Source: an uncultured Limnohabitans sp. (lineage in GTDB: Bacteria; Pseudomonadota; Gammaproteobacteria; Burkholderiales; Burkholderiaceae_C). Taken from it: 64,000 nucleotides of DNA. The stretch lies in assembly GCA_964544175.1 (NCBI GenBank), contig CAZJAL010000009.1, forward strand, positions 9,818-73,817. The letters are read 5' to 3'. A program made the position numbers and the translations under genes. Shown here one piece after another: positions 28,705-38,526 of the stretch (positions are counted from its first letter, which is position 1; each line of letters begins with the position of its first letter). The notes beneath the pieces were generated by a model, which did not search any database, had not been told where the DNA came from, and saw only the letters and a program-made list of their open reading frames with translations.

Positions 28705-29958
28705 ATGCAAGAACATCCAATTCATTGGGAAACGCCTGGCACCAGTCGCATTCCCTTTGCTGTCTATGCCAATCAAGACAATCACAAAAAAGAACTCGAT
28801 CGCTTTTTCTACAAAGCGCATTGGAGCTATGTTGGCCTTGAAGCAGAAATTCCCAACCTAGGCGATTTCAAACGCACGGTCATTGGCGAGCGCTCAGTCA
28901 TCATGACGCGCGCGCAAGATGGCCAAATCCATGTGGTTGAAAACGTATGTGCCCACCGCGGTATGGCATTTTGTCGTGAGCGCCACGGCAATAAAAAAGA
29001 ATTGGTGTGCCCGTATCACCAGTGGAGTTATGCCTTGGATGGCAAGCTTCAAGGCGTTCCGTTTAGACGCGGTGTTCGTCAAGATGGCAAAGTCAATGGC
29101 GGCATGCCTGCAGATTTTGATCCCAAGGACCATGGTTTGACAGCGTTGCGGGTTGCAAAACGCGGTGGTGTGGTGTTTGCTTCTTTTGATCACCAAGTTG
29201 AATCGCTCGAAGACTATATGGGCCCGGCCATCCTGAATTACTTTGACAGACTGTTCAATGGCCGACAACTCAAAATTTTGGGGTATAACCGTCAGCGCAT
29301 TCCGGGCAACTGGAAGCTGATGCAAGAGAACATCAAAGATCCCTATCACCCTGGCTTGTTGCACACGTGGTTTGTCACCTTTGGACTTTGGCGTGCAGAC
29401 AACAAGAGTGAGCTGCGCATGGACGACAAACATCGCCATGCCGCCATGATTTCAACGCGAGGATCGGCAGGTCTTGCCACGGGGGGCGCTTCGGATGTGA
29501 CGCAGGTCAGCAGTTTCAAAGCCAGCATGGAACTCAACGATCCGAGCTTTTTGGACATCGTGCCAGAAGCTTGGTGGGGTGGCCCCACTGCAGTCATGAT
29601 GACGCTTTTTCCAAGTGTCATTTTTCAGCAGCAGGTGAACAGCGTGTCGACACGTCACATTCAACCAGACGGCCATGGCGCCTTTGATTTTGTTTGGACG
29701 CACTTTGGTTTTGAAGATGACACGCCCGAAATGACAGAGCGCCGTCTAAGGCAGGCCAATTTGTTTGGGCCTGCAGGCTTTGTGTCTGCTGACGATGGTG
29801 AAGTGATTGAGTTTTCGCAAGACGCATTTGAGTCCAAACCTCAGCATCGAGCGCTTGCCGAGTTGGGTGGCAAAGAGGTGTGCGACACAGATCACATGGT
29901 GACCGAAACCCTGATCAGGGGCATGTATGAATATTGGCGAAATGTGATGGAGGATTGA
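28705..29958 (+). CDS. Rieske non-heme iron aromatic ring-hydroxylating oxygenase, alpha subunit (NagG/salicylate 5-hydroxylase-like)
   Basis: ATG 28705 is preceded by GGAGA. Rieske motif CAHRGMAFC...CPYHQWSY. YVGLEAEIPNLGDFKRTVIGERSVIM matches my recollection of NagG-type subunits. Confidence 0.8.
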   Translation: MQEHPIHWETPGTSRIPFAVYANQDNHKKELDRFFYKAHWSYVGLEAEIPNLGDFKRTVIGERSVIMTRAQDGQIHVVENVCAHRGMAFCRERHGNKKELVCPYHQWSYALDGKLQGVPFRRGVRQDGKVNGGMPADFDPKDHGLTALRVAKRGGVVFASFDHQVESLEDYMGPAILNYFDRLFNGRQLKILGYNRQRIPGNWKLMQENIKDPYHPGLLHTWFVTFGLWRADNKSELRMDDKHRHAAMISTRGSAGLATGGASDVTQVSSFKASMELNDPSFLDIVPEAWWGGPTAVMMTLFPSVIFQQQVNSVSTRHIQPDGHGAFDFVWTHFGFEDDTPEMTERRLRQANLFGPAGFVSADDGEVIEFSQDAFESKPQHRALAELGGKEVCDTDHMVTETLIRGMYEYWRNVMED

Positions 29959-29960
29959 AC

Positions 29961-30434
29961 ATGGTTGACATGCAAACTTGGTTTGGCATTCAGCAACTGT
30001 ATGCCGATTACGCCAGCGCCGTAGACAGCGGCCAATGGAACTTATGGCCAGAATTTTTCACAGACCAATGCGTCTACAAACTCCAGCCACGTGAAAACCA
30101 CGAGCGCGGTTTCCCTTTGGCAACTTTGTCTTTAACCAGCAAAGGCATGCTGAAAGACCGTGTGTACGGCATTAGCGAAACCATCTTTCACGACCCCTAC
30201 TATCAGCGACATGTGGTGGGGGCGCCCATTGTTCGAAAAGTTGAAGCAGGGCGAATTTACAGTGAAGCCAATTACGCTGTGTTTCGAACCAAGCTCGACA
30301 AAGAAAGCACAGTTTTCAATGTGGGCCGATACCTTGACATCATTGTGAGCACGGACGACGGCTTTAAGTTTGCCGAACGTTTGTGCATTTACGACAGCGA
30401 GATGATTCCAAATTCTGTGATTTACCCCATCTAA
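29961..30434 (+). CDS. ring-hydroxylating oxygenase beta subunit
   Basis: ATG 29961 is preceded by GGAGGA, 2 nt after the alpha stop. SnoaL-like small subunit (LYADYASAVDSGQWNLWPEFF). Confidence 0.8.
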   Translation: MVDMQTWFGIQQLYADYASAVDSGQWNLWPEFFTDQCVYKLQPRENHERGFPLATLSLTSKGMLKDRVYGISETIFHDPYYQRHVVGAPIVRKVEAGRIYSEANYAVFRTKLDKESTVFNVGRYLDIIVSTDDGFKFAERLCIYDSEMIPNSVIYPI

Positions 30435-30436
30435 CT

Positions 30437-30751
30437 ATGAGCAACTGGATTGACGTGGCCGCCGAGGCCGATTTGTTTGAAGGCGCTGGCATTGCCGTCA
30501 CACCTCAAAATCACGACATCGCCATTTTCAAAGTTGACGATGGTGTTTTTGCCATCAACAACGACTGCAGCCATGGCAATGCCAAACTGTGCGACGGCTT
30601 CGTCGAAGGCAATTTTGTGGAATGTCCCTTTCATCAAGCGATGTTTGATGTGCGAGATGGTTCGGTTCAGTGTGGTCCGGCCACAGAAGCTGTCAAATCA
30701 TGGCCTGTCAAAATTGAAAATGGCCGAGTCTTTTTAGATTTGTCAGTTTGA
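30437..30751 (+). CDS. Rieske-type [2Fe-2S] ferredoxin
   Basis: ATG 30437 (MSNWIDVAAEADL...). Motif CSHGNAKLCDG...ECPFHQAMF. Confidence 0.8.
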   Translation: MSNWIDVAAEADLFEGAGIAVTPQNHDIAIFKVDDGVFAINNDCSHGNAKLCDGFVEGNFVECPFHQAMFDVRDGSVQCGPATEAVKSWPVKIENGRVFLDLSV

Positions 30752-30766
30752 CTCAGTCGACAAGTT

Positions 30767-31549
30767 TCACCAGTTCGGTTTGCGCTTGTCAATGAAGGCT
30801 TGAACGCCTTCTAGAGCCGACGTATCCATCATGTTGCATGCCATGGTTTGAGAGGCGAATTCATAGGCCTGTGCCATGCCTGTCTCCAGTTGCATGTAAA
30901 AAAGCTCTTTGCCCATGGCCAGTGCAACCTGTGGTTTTTCCAATATCTTGCTGACGAGGGCCTCCACAGCAGCATCCAAATTTTCGGCTTCGGCAATCTT
31001 GTTGATCAGTCCTTTGGACAAGGCCTCTTCAGCACCGATGAAGTCGCCAGTGACCAACATTTCGAAGGCTGCTTTGCGTGACAGATTGCGCGACAGTGCT
31101 ACGCTGGGGGTTGCGCAAAACAAGCCCAAATTAACGCCGCTTACTGCAAACTTGGCATCACTTGAGGCCAGCGCTAAATCACATTGCGCGACCAGTTGAC
31201 AACCTGCTGCTGTGGCAATGCCTTGTACCTTCGCAATGACGGGTACCTGTAGTTTTTGCAAGCTCATCATCATGTGACCGCACTTGTTGAACAGGTTTTG
31301 ATAGTAAGCCAGAGAAGGTTCTGCTCTCATCTCACGCAAGTCATGCCCAGCGCAAAAGGCTTTGCCCAATGCCGCAATAACCACTACCCTTACTTTGTTA
31401 CTTTTGGAAATGGCGTCAATTTCCTCTTGTAATGCATTCAACAAATCTTCGCTCAATGAATTGAAGGCATTCGGGCGATTCAGTGTGAGTGTGGTGACGC
31501 CGCGCTCGTCGTCTTCGCGCAATACCAAAGGCATGCTAGTTGCTGTCAT
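30767..31549 (-). CDS. enoyl-CoA hydratase/isomerase (crotonase) family protein
   Basis: 260 aa with LNRPNAFNSL, AFCAGHDLREM and a crotonase fold pattern. Confidence 0.85.
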   Translation of the reverse strand: MTATSMPLVLREDDERGVTTLTLNRPNAFNSLSEDLLNALQEEIDAISKSNKVRVVVIAALGKAFCAGHDLREMRAEPSLAYYQNLFNKCGHMMMSLQKLQVPVIAKVQGIATAAGCQLVAQCDLALASSDAKFAVSGVNLGLFCATPSVALSRNLSRKAAFEMLVTGDFIGAEEALSKGLINKIAEAENLDAAVEALVSKILEKPQVALAMGKELFYMQLETGMAQAYEFASQTMACNMMDTSALEGVQAFIDKRKPNW

Positions 31550-31564
31550 GGATGTCTCCGAAAA

Positions 31565-33208
31565 TTAAGCTTGCGCTTTTTTGGCGCGCTCGCGCAGTTG
31601 AAACTTTTGTATCTTGCCAGTAGACGTCTTCGGTATTTCTTCAAACCGAATGTCTCTTGGCACTTTGTAGCCGGCCAGTAATGACTTGCAGTGCAAAATA
31701 AGCTCGTCTTGGTCAGCCTTAGCGCCCGCTTTGATCTCAACAAATGCCAAGGGCGTTTCTCCCCATTTGGCATCGGGTTTGGCCACCACAGCGCAGGCCA
31801 TCACAGCAGGGTGTCTGTACAAGGCATCCTCAACTTCCAGCGAGCTGATGTTTTCACCACCCGAAATGATGATGTCTTTGCTTCGGTCTTTGATTTTGAC
31901 GTACCGATCGGGCTCCATGACGGCTAAGTCACCGGTATGAAACCATCCGCCTTCAAATGCTTCCTGTGTCGCTCGAGGATTTTTGAGGTAACCCTTCATG
32001 ACAATGTTGCCCTTGAACATGATTTCACCCATGGTGGTGCCATCTGCAGGACATTCCTTCATGGTTTCGGGGTCAAGCACCGTCATTCCCTCTTGTAGAG
32101 GGTAGCGAACGCCTTGTCGTCCATTCAATCGGGTTTGTTCCGACAAACTCTCTGTGGCCCATGCGTTGCGTTTTACAGCAACACTGGCGGGACCATACAC
32201 TTCAGTTAAGCCGTAGACATGGGTGATGTCGAAACCAATTTTGGCCATGCCTTCAATCATGGCGGCTGGCGGTGCGGCACCCGCAACCATACCTCGTACT
32301 TTTTGCGATATGCCGGCTCGCATGTCATCGGGTGCGTTGTAAATCAGGCTGTGAACAATTGGCGCGGCGCAGTAGTGATCGACATGGTGTGTGCGAATGG
32401 CATTCAGTATCGGTTGGGCCTCAACCCTGCGCAGGCAGACATGAGTTCCCGCCTGCATGGCAATGGTCCAAGGAAAACACCAGCCATTGCAATGAAACAT
32501 GGGTAGTGTCCAGAGGTAAATTGGAAATTGCGGCATGGTCCATGTGACCACGTTGCTGACAGCGTTCAAGTAAGCGCCGCGGTGGTGCGTTACCACGCCC
32601 TTAGGATCGCCCGTGGTGCCACTGGTGTAACTGACTGCAATCGCGTCCCACTCATCTTGTGGTCCTTGCAAAGTTTCAAGGGGGGCGTGACTGGCAATCC
32701 ATGCTTCGTATTCAAATTGACCAATGGCATCGCCTAAGCCTGAGTATTCACTGTCGCAAACATCGATCACTATAAGTTCTTTGGCGTGCACACTCTTTAA
32801 AATTTCTAAGGCCTGTTTGATGACATTGGAAAATTCACGGTCAGTGATCAGGACTTGGCACTCGCAGTGGTTCAACTGCCAAGCAATCAAGGCTGCGTCC
32901 AGTCGCGTGTTCAAGGTGTTGAGTACCGCATTCAAGGCTGGAACCGCATAATGCACTTCGACCATTTCGGGGGTATTGGGAAGCATGGCACTGACTGTCG
33001 CGCCTCTTCCAATGCCCAAGCTCTGCAGGGCAGCTGCCAAGCGTGCGGATCGATCACGTGTTTGGGACCATGTATATTTTCTGTTGCCATGAATCACAGC
33101 CGTTAAGTCACCGAATATTTCTGCGCTTCTCTCTACAAAACTCACAGGTGACAAGGGTGTGTAATTGGCAGAATTCTTGTCTAGGCCTTGGTCAAAAATG
33201 CTGTTCAT
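31565..33208 (-). CDS. AMP-dependent acyl-CoA synthetase (short/medium-chain, AAE/DmdB-like N-terminus)
   Basis: ATG 33208 (MNSIFDQGLDKNSANYTPLSPVSFVERSAEIF) is preceded by AGGACG. AMP motif YTSGTTGDPKGV, plus TGDLAV and GKIQKF. Confidence 0.85.
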   Translation of the reverse strand: MNSIFDQGLDKNSANYTPLSPVSFVERSAEIFGDLTAVIHGNRKYTWSQTRDRSARLAAALQSLGIGRGATVSAMLPNTPEMVEVHYAVPALNAVLNTLNTRLDAALIAWQLNHCECQVLITDREFSNVIKQALEILKSVHAKELIVIDVCDSEYSGLGDAIGQFEYEAWIASHAPLETLQGPQDEWDAIAVSYTSGTTGDPKGVVTHHRGAYLNAVSNVVTWTMPQFPIYLWTLPMFHCNGWCFPWTIAMQAGTHVCLRRVEAQPILNAIRTHHVDHYCAAPIVHSLIYNAPDDMRAGISQKVRGMVAGAAPPAAMIEGMAKIGFDITHVYGLTEVYGPASVAVKRNAWATESLSEQTRLNGRQGVRYPLQEGMTVLDPETMKECPADGTTMGEIMFKGNIVMKGYLKNPRATQEAFEGGWFHTGDLAVMEPDRYVKIKDRSKDIIISGGENISSLEVEDALYRHPAVMACAVVAKPDAKWGETPLAFVEIKAGAKADQDELILHCKSLLAGYKVPRDIRFEEIPKTSTGKIQKFQLRERAKKAQA

Positions 33209-33227
33209 TTGGCGTCCTCTAAGCAAA

Positions 33228-34511
33228 TTAACGAGTGGCGACGTTGAGGGCTTGGTCAATGTCCCACAAAATGTCATCGATGTGTTCTAGTCCAACTGAT
33301 ATACGAATCATGTCTGGGCCGACACCTGCCGCCAATTGTTGGGCCTCATCGAGTTGACGATGGGTTGTACTGGCGGGGTGGCTGATCAATGTGCGTGTAT
33401 CGCCAATGTTCACCAAGTGGCTCATGAACTTAGCCGACTCAATGAATTTAACGCCTTGCTCGAGTCCGCCTTTAACACCAAACGCCAACAGACCTGAAGC
33501 ACCGCGCATTTGTTTTTTCATCAAAGCATGCTGGGGGTGATTGGCCAGACCTGGGTAGTTGACCCAAGCCACCCGACTGTCTTTTTCCAAAAAATGAGCG
33601 ACTGCCATGGCATTGGCGCAGTGTCTTTCCATTCGCAAAGGCAAAGTTTCTACACCCTGCAATATTTGCCAAGCATTGGTTGCGCTGAGTGATGCACCAA
33701 ACACGCGCAAATTTTCCATCCGGCAGCGCATGGTAAATCCAAAGTCGCCAAATGTTTCATAAAACTTAACGCCGTGATAGCCCTGCGAGGGTTCTGTCAT
33801 GCCTGGAAACTTGCCATTGTCCCAAGGAAATTTTCCACTCTCAATGACCAAACCACCCAGCGTGGTGCCATGACCCGCCAAATATTTGGTAGCAGAGTGA
33901 ACCACGATATCGGCCCCATGCGCAATAGGGTTGCAGAGAAAGGGGCTGGGCACGGTGTTGTCAATGATCAGGGGCAAGTCATGCGCATGCGCCACGTCTG
34001 CAATGGCTGCAATGTCCAAAACCAACATGCTTGGGTTGCCAAGGCTTTCCGCATAAATGGCACGTGTATTGGGTTGGATGGCTTGCGCAAATGCCTCCGC
34101 AGAGCTGCCATCAACAAAGGTGCAATGAACACCAAACTTTTTGAGATTGACTGACAATAAAGTAACAGAGCCACCATAAAGTGCGCCCGCAGCAACCACA
34201 TGGTCTCCAGCTTCCAAAAGTGTCATCAGGGCCATGGATTCTGCAGCCATGCCAGATGCCGAGGCCACCGCGGCACGTCCACCTTCAAGTGCCGCCACAC
34301 GCTCTTCTAAAACTGCCACAGTAGGATTGCTTAGGCGTGAATAAATGTTGCCAAACGTTTGAAGATTGAAAAGTGATGCGGCATGATCTGCGCTGTCAAA
34401 CACAAAACTGCTGGTTTGATAGATGGGTAGGGCGCGTGCGCCAGTGGCGGCATCCGGAATTTGGCCTGCATGAATTGCCAAGGTTTCGGGTTTGAAGAGA
34501 TGGTCGCTCAT
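33228..34511 (-). CDS. metY: O-acetylhomoserine sulfhydrylase (aminocarboxypropyltransferase)
   Basis: 427 aa with TLAIHAGQ, SNPTVAVLEERVAALEGG and PLP lysine context HSATKYLAGHG. Confidence 0.9.
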   Translation of the reverse strand: MSDHLFKPETLAIHAGQIPDAATGARALPIYQTSSFVFDSADHAASLFNLQTFGNIYSRLSNPTVAVLEERVAALEGGRAAVASASGMAAESMALMTLLEAGDHVVAAGALYGGSVTLLSVNLKKFGVHCTFVDGSSAEAFAQAIQPNTRAIYAESLGNPSMLVLDIAAIADVAHAHDLPLIIDNTVPSPFLCNPIAHGADIVVHSATKYLAGHGTTLGGLVIESGKFPWDNGKFPGMTEPSQGYHGVKFYETFGDFGFTMRCRMENLRVFGASLSATNAWQILQGVETLPLRMERHCANAMAVAHFLEKDSRVAWVNYPGLANHPQHALMKKQMRGASGLLAFGVKGGLEQGVKFIESAKFMSHLVNIGDTRTLISHPASTTHRQLDEAQQLAAGVGPDMIRISVGLEHIDDILWDIDQALNVATR

Positions 34512-34520
34512 GATCCGTGC

Positions 34521-35006
34521 CTAAATGGGTCTTTTTGCTGAAATGATGCCTGTATTGACCCCAACCCAGTTGAGACCGCCAAAAAGACGCGCATGTTCAA
34601 TTTTGACGCAGCGGTTGGTCACTGATTGAAGTCCAGCCATTCGAACCATAGCGTCTGCCTGCGCGTTTTCAACGCCTAATTGTTGCCAGAAACACTGCGC
34701 GCCTATTTGAAGCGCTTCTTGGGCAAAGGGTAAAACATCTTCTGTTTTTCGAAAGACATCAACAATGTCAACTTGCACCGGTATGTCCAGCAGGCTGGCA
34801 TAGCACTTTTCATTCAGGATGTTTTCGCCTGGCGAATTGGCTGTTTCAGCGTACCTTGGATTGACTGGAATGATGGTGTAGCCATGAGCTTGCATGTACT
34901 TGGCAGCAAAAAAACTGGGGCGATTCCATTGCGCAGATAAACCGACGACTGCGATAGTTTTGGCTGATCGCAAAATACGTCTCAGCTGGCTGATGTCATT
35001 GTCCAT
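34521..35006 (-). CDS. CoA-binding domain protein (YccU-like)
   Basis: 161 aa with KTIAVVGLSAQWNRPSFFAAKYMQAHGYTIIPVNP. Confidence 0.8.
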   Translation of the reverse strand: MDNDISQLRRILRSAKTIAVVGLSAQWNRPSFFAAKYMQAHGYTIIPVNPRYAETANSPGENILNEKCYASLLDIPVQVDIVDVFRKTEDVLPFAQEALQIGAQCFWQQLGVENAQADAMVRMAGLQSVTNRCVKIEHARLFGGLNWVGVNTGIISAKRPI

Positions 35007-35139
35007 TCATACGTTCCTCAACATAGAAGCGTGGTGCTCATGGCTGGCAATTTCAGAGTTGTTAAGAGAGTTTAGCTTCGGTTTGCGTTGGGTGCATTCA
35101 AATTGTGCAGTTTGAGGGTGCTAACGCGATAATAGGGCC

Positions 35140-36780
35140 ATGTCTTACACAGAGCCTTCAAGGCCCTCCATCGTCCTTTGTACTCTAAACGCCAAGTACA
35201 TCCATGCTTCTTTGGGCTTGCGCTACCTCATGGCCAACATGGCGCGTCATGGAAGTACGGATCTGGCTGGCCGAACTTCTTTGATCGAGTTCACCCTCGC
35301 CAAGCCCTTGCCCGACATGGTGTCTAAATTGCTGAGCACCTTGGGTGAGCCGCTTCGTGGACAAGTACAAATCATTGGTTTTGGCGTCTACATCTGGAAT
35401 GTGGTTCAAACCACAGAATTGATCCGTCTTTTAAAAGCGCAGCGCCCAGGCCTCAAAATCGTGTTGGGCGGACCCGAAGTTAGCCACGAAACAGATCAAC
35501 AAGAAATTGTGCAAATTTCAGATCACGTCATCACAGGGTGGGGTGATGTGAGTTTTCCCAAACTCTGCATGCAATTGCTTGATGGACCCCAGCCCTTGAT
35601 GAAAGTGATCCAGGGTGAACAGCCACCGCTAGACCAAATAGAGTTGCCTTATCAGCACTTTTCGGACGCTGATCTGGCCAACCGATTGCTGTATGTTGAG
35701 GCATCCAGAGGTTGTCCTTTTAAATGTGAATTTTGCTTAAGTTCACTTGACAAAACAGCTTGGGCTTTCGATTTGGCACCATTTTTGAATGAGCTTCAAA
35801 CCCTCTATCAACGCGGTGCCCGAAACTTTAAATTTGTAGACCGCACGTTCAATTTGAAAATTGAAGCATCTGTGCAAATTCTTCAGTTCTTTTTAACCAG
35901 GCTGAACGAGCCTGATGCAGATGGTTTGTTGGTTCACTTTGAAGTGATTCCGGATCACTTGCCGGACAAACTCAAGGCACTCATAGCGAAATATCCGCCA
36001 GGGGTGTTGCAGTTTGAGGTTGGCATTCAAAGTTTCAATGAAACAGTTCAAAAACTCATTTCAAGGCGTCAAGACAACGTTCAAACCGAAGCCAATTTGA
36101 AATGGCTGATCAACGAGTCTAATGCGCATCTTCACACCGACTTGATCTTCGGATTGCCAGGCGAAACCTTGGACAGTTTTGCGGAGGGCTTTGATCGATT
36201 GCTAGCCATCGGACCGCAAGAAATTCAACTGGGTATTTTGAAGCGCTTGCGCGGAACACCCATCGCAAGGCACACCGAGGCGTTTCAAATGATCTATGAC
36301 GATCAGCCTCCCTACGTGGTGCGTCAAACCAAAGACTTGGATGCCGAAACATTGCAGCGCTTTACGCGAATGGCCAAATACTGGGATTTGGTGGCCAACT
36401 CTGGGCGATTTAAATTAAGCCTGCCCTTGTTGTTGAAGCCTGCATCACCACAAAACTCCTCTTTTTGGTCCTTCATGAATTTTGCAGATGAGCTTTGGCA
36501 GCGCACTTCAAAAACCTATGGCTTAACGCCTGAAGCACTTGTAGATGCTGTGTTCATGCACTTAACTGAAACTCGAGGTCTGCCAGTTGAAGAGGTCAGA
36601 GCTTGCTTGCTTCAAGACTATGTGGCAAGTGGTGCCAGGGCTAGGCCTATGTGTTTGGCCCAAGAACGTCTGCCTTTGGGGGGGCATGTCGTCAATCCAA
36701 ATGCTACAGACGCAACCATTGCGACGGCTCAAAAATTACGTGGCAGACAAGATCGTCACGGGTCCAATTTGAATGGATGA
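35140..36780 (+). CDS. B12-binding-domain radical SAM protein (DUF4080-type)
   Basis: 546 aa with an N-terminal cobalamin-binding-like domain, radical SAM cluster motif ASRGCPFKCEFC and a long C-terminal domain. Confidence 0.8.
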   Translation: MSYTEPSRPSIVLCTLNAKYIHASLGLRYLMANMARHGSTDLAGRTSLIEFTLAKPLPDMVSKLLSTLGEPLRGQVQIIGFGVYIWNVVQTTELIRLLKAQRPGLKIVLGGPEVSHETDQQEIVQISDHVITGWGDVSFPKLCMQLLDGPQPLMKVIQGEQPPLDQIELPYQHFSDADLANRLLYVEASRGCPFKCEFCLSSLDKTAWAFDLAPFLNELQTLYQRGARNFKFVDRTFNLKIEASVQILQFFLTRLNEPDADGLLVHFEVIPDHLPDKLKALIAKYPPGVLQFEVGIQSFNETVQKLISRRQDNVQTEANLKWLINESNAHLHTDLIFGLPGETLDSFAEGFDRLLAIGPQEIQLGILKRLRGTPIARHTEAFQMIYDDQPPYVVRQTKDLDAETLQRFTRMAKYWDLVANSGRFKLSLPLLLKPASPQNSSFWSFMNFADELWQRTSKTYGLTPEALVDAVFMHLTETRGLPVEEVRACLLQDYVASGARARPMCLAQERLPLGGHVVNPNATDATIATAQKLRGRQDRHGSNLNG

Positions 36781-36791
36781 ATTCTGACGAA

Positions 36792-38411
36792 CTAAGTGCG
36801 TGTCGATTTTTTCATTGCACGGCTGAGCAAAATAACTGGAATTAAGCCTACCAAGACCAACGCCAAGCTGGGCAGTGCTGCCTCACCCAACCTCTCGTCT
36901 CTGGCCAATTGATAAGCCATGACCGCCAAAGTGTCTGTATTAAACGGCCGCAAAACCAAAGTGGCTGGTAGTTCTTTCATGACATCGACAAACACCAACA
37001 ACGCGGCTGCAAAAATAGAGCGTTTTAACAAGGGCGTGTGAACTTGGGTGAGCAGCTTAAAGCCTGAGACTCCCAACATGCGCGAAGAATCGTCCAAGCT
37101 CACTGGAATGCGGGCATAGCCGCTTTGCACCGATTGAAGTGCAACCGCGCAAAATCTAACCAAGTACGCCCAAATGAGTCCGAGGGTGGTTGCCGTTAGC
37201 CAAAAACCAATTTGCGAATTTGGCCAGTAAGATTGCAGCCAAGTGACGGGAAGTAGGAGCCCGACCACCACCACTGCGCCGGGAATTGCATAGCCCAAGC
37301 CCACCAAAATGGTAGCGGTGCGCGAGAAAGCATCAGGCTTGTTTCTTGAATTGAAACTCAATGCCAAGGCCGCAATCACTGCCAAGACGGAAGTCACAAG
37401 CCCCAATTGCAAGCTGTTGAATGACCAATTGAAGAAGCGGTCCCAAGGAATGTCGATGTCAGATGCGATCAATGGCTTGAGCATCAGAAGTACCGGCAGC
37501 GCAAAACCCAAAAACAAGGGGAGGGTGCACCAGGCCATCAAGGCCATACCCTTCACACCCTTGAGTAAAGTTGGTTGCGCATCAGAAGAAGATGAAACGC
37601 CAGCACGCATGCTGCTAAATCGCATACGGGCTTGCGCTATTTTTTCAAGTTGCAACAACAACAAGACTGTGCCAAGCAGCAGTGTGGCCAACTGTGCTGC
37701 GGCGATGCGGTTGTCCATGATCAGCCAAGCTTTGTAGATGCCAGCGGTGAAGGTTTGAATGCCAAAGTAACTTGATACGCCAAAGTCTGCCAAGGTTTCC
37801 ATCAGGGCAAGTGCAATGCCTGCTGCAACAGCAGGGCGTGCTAAGGGAATGGCAACTTCCATGATGCGCCTGTGCAAAGGCGCGCCCAGCATGCGTGCGG
37901 CTTCCATCAATTGGGAGGCACGTTCACTCAAGGCGGTTCTGGCAAGCAAATAAACGTAGGGGTAAAGTGCCAAAGAGAAAATCAGGATGGCGCCGCCCAA
38001 ACTTCGGATTTCGGGCAATACCCGTCCCTCTGCGCCTGTCTGCAGCCGTATGAAGTTTTGCAAAGGGCCACTGAACTGCAAAAAATCTGTGTAGGCATAA
38101 GCAACCACATAGGCAGGAATGGCCATGGGAAGTAACAGCGCCCATTCAAAAAAACTGTGCCCAGGAAACTTAAACAAGGTGACCGCTGCTGCCGTGCTGG
38201 TGCCTAAAACGGTGACCCCTGCAGCCACGCCCAAGCACAACAACAGGCTGGTGACGGCATAGTCTGGCAAGACGGTTTGTGCCATTTCTTGCAGCACTTG
38301 GGACGATGTTGCATTCCATTCGAGCCATGACAAGATCAAAGCCACTACGGGAAGGCAGATGACCAAAGCAATCAGGCTAAAAAGAACCGAACGAATTCGG
38401 AGTGCAAACAT
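36792..38411 (-). CDS. fbpB: Fe(III)-type ABC transporter permease (double BPD-transporter domain)
   Basis: Start at MFALRIRSVLFSLIALV (38411); the track ORF extends to 38534. About 12 TM helices with two permease repeats. Confidence 0.8.
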   Translation of the reverse strand: MFALRIRSVLFSLIALVICLPVVALILSWLEWNATSSQVLQEMAQTVLPDYAVTSLLLCLGVAAGVTVLGTSTAAAVTLFKFPGHSFFEWALLLPMAIPAYVVAYAYTDFLQFSGPLQNFIRLQTGAEGRVLPEIRSLGGAILIFSLALYPYVYLLARTALSERASQLMEAARMLGAPLHRRIMEVAIPLARPAVAAGIALALMETLADFGVSSYFGIQTFTAGIYKAWLIMDNRIAAAQLATLLLGTVLLLLQLEKIAQARMRFSSMRAGVSSSSDAQPTLLKGVKGMALMAWCTLPLFLGFALPVLLMLKPLIASDIDIPWDRFFNWSFNSLQLGLVTSVLAVIAALALSFNSRNKPDAFSRTATILVGLGYAIPGAVVVVGLLLPVTWLQSYWPNSQIGFWLTATTLGLIWAYLVRFCAVALQSVQSGYARIPVSLDDSSRMLGVSGFKLLTQVHTPLLKRSIFAAALLVFVDVMKELPATLVLRPFNTDTLAVMAYQLARDERLGEAALPSLALVLVGLIPVILLSRAMKKSTRT

Positions 38412-38526
38412 GAGCAAATTCCAATGAGTGTTCGGTACAGCAACACGAGCGTTCAGAAGTACCAACCTGAGAATTGTAAGGATGTTGTTCAAGGGGTGAC
38501 TTTTTGACGGTCTGGCATTCCTTACA

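Noticed and set aside
35007-35139. A possible SAM-type riboswitch in the leader of the CoA-binding/metY operon; the minus strand contains ...GCACCCAACGCAAACCGAAGCUAAA....
   Set aside because: Only a vague AAGCU(A) resemblance to the SAM-II 3' segment. I could not build the expected pseudoknot by eye and cannot run a covariance model. An Rfam scan would settle it.
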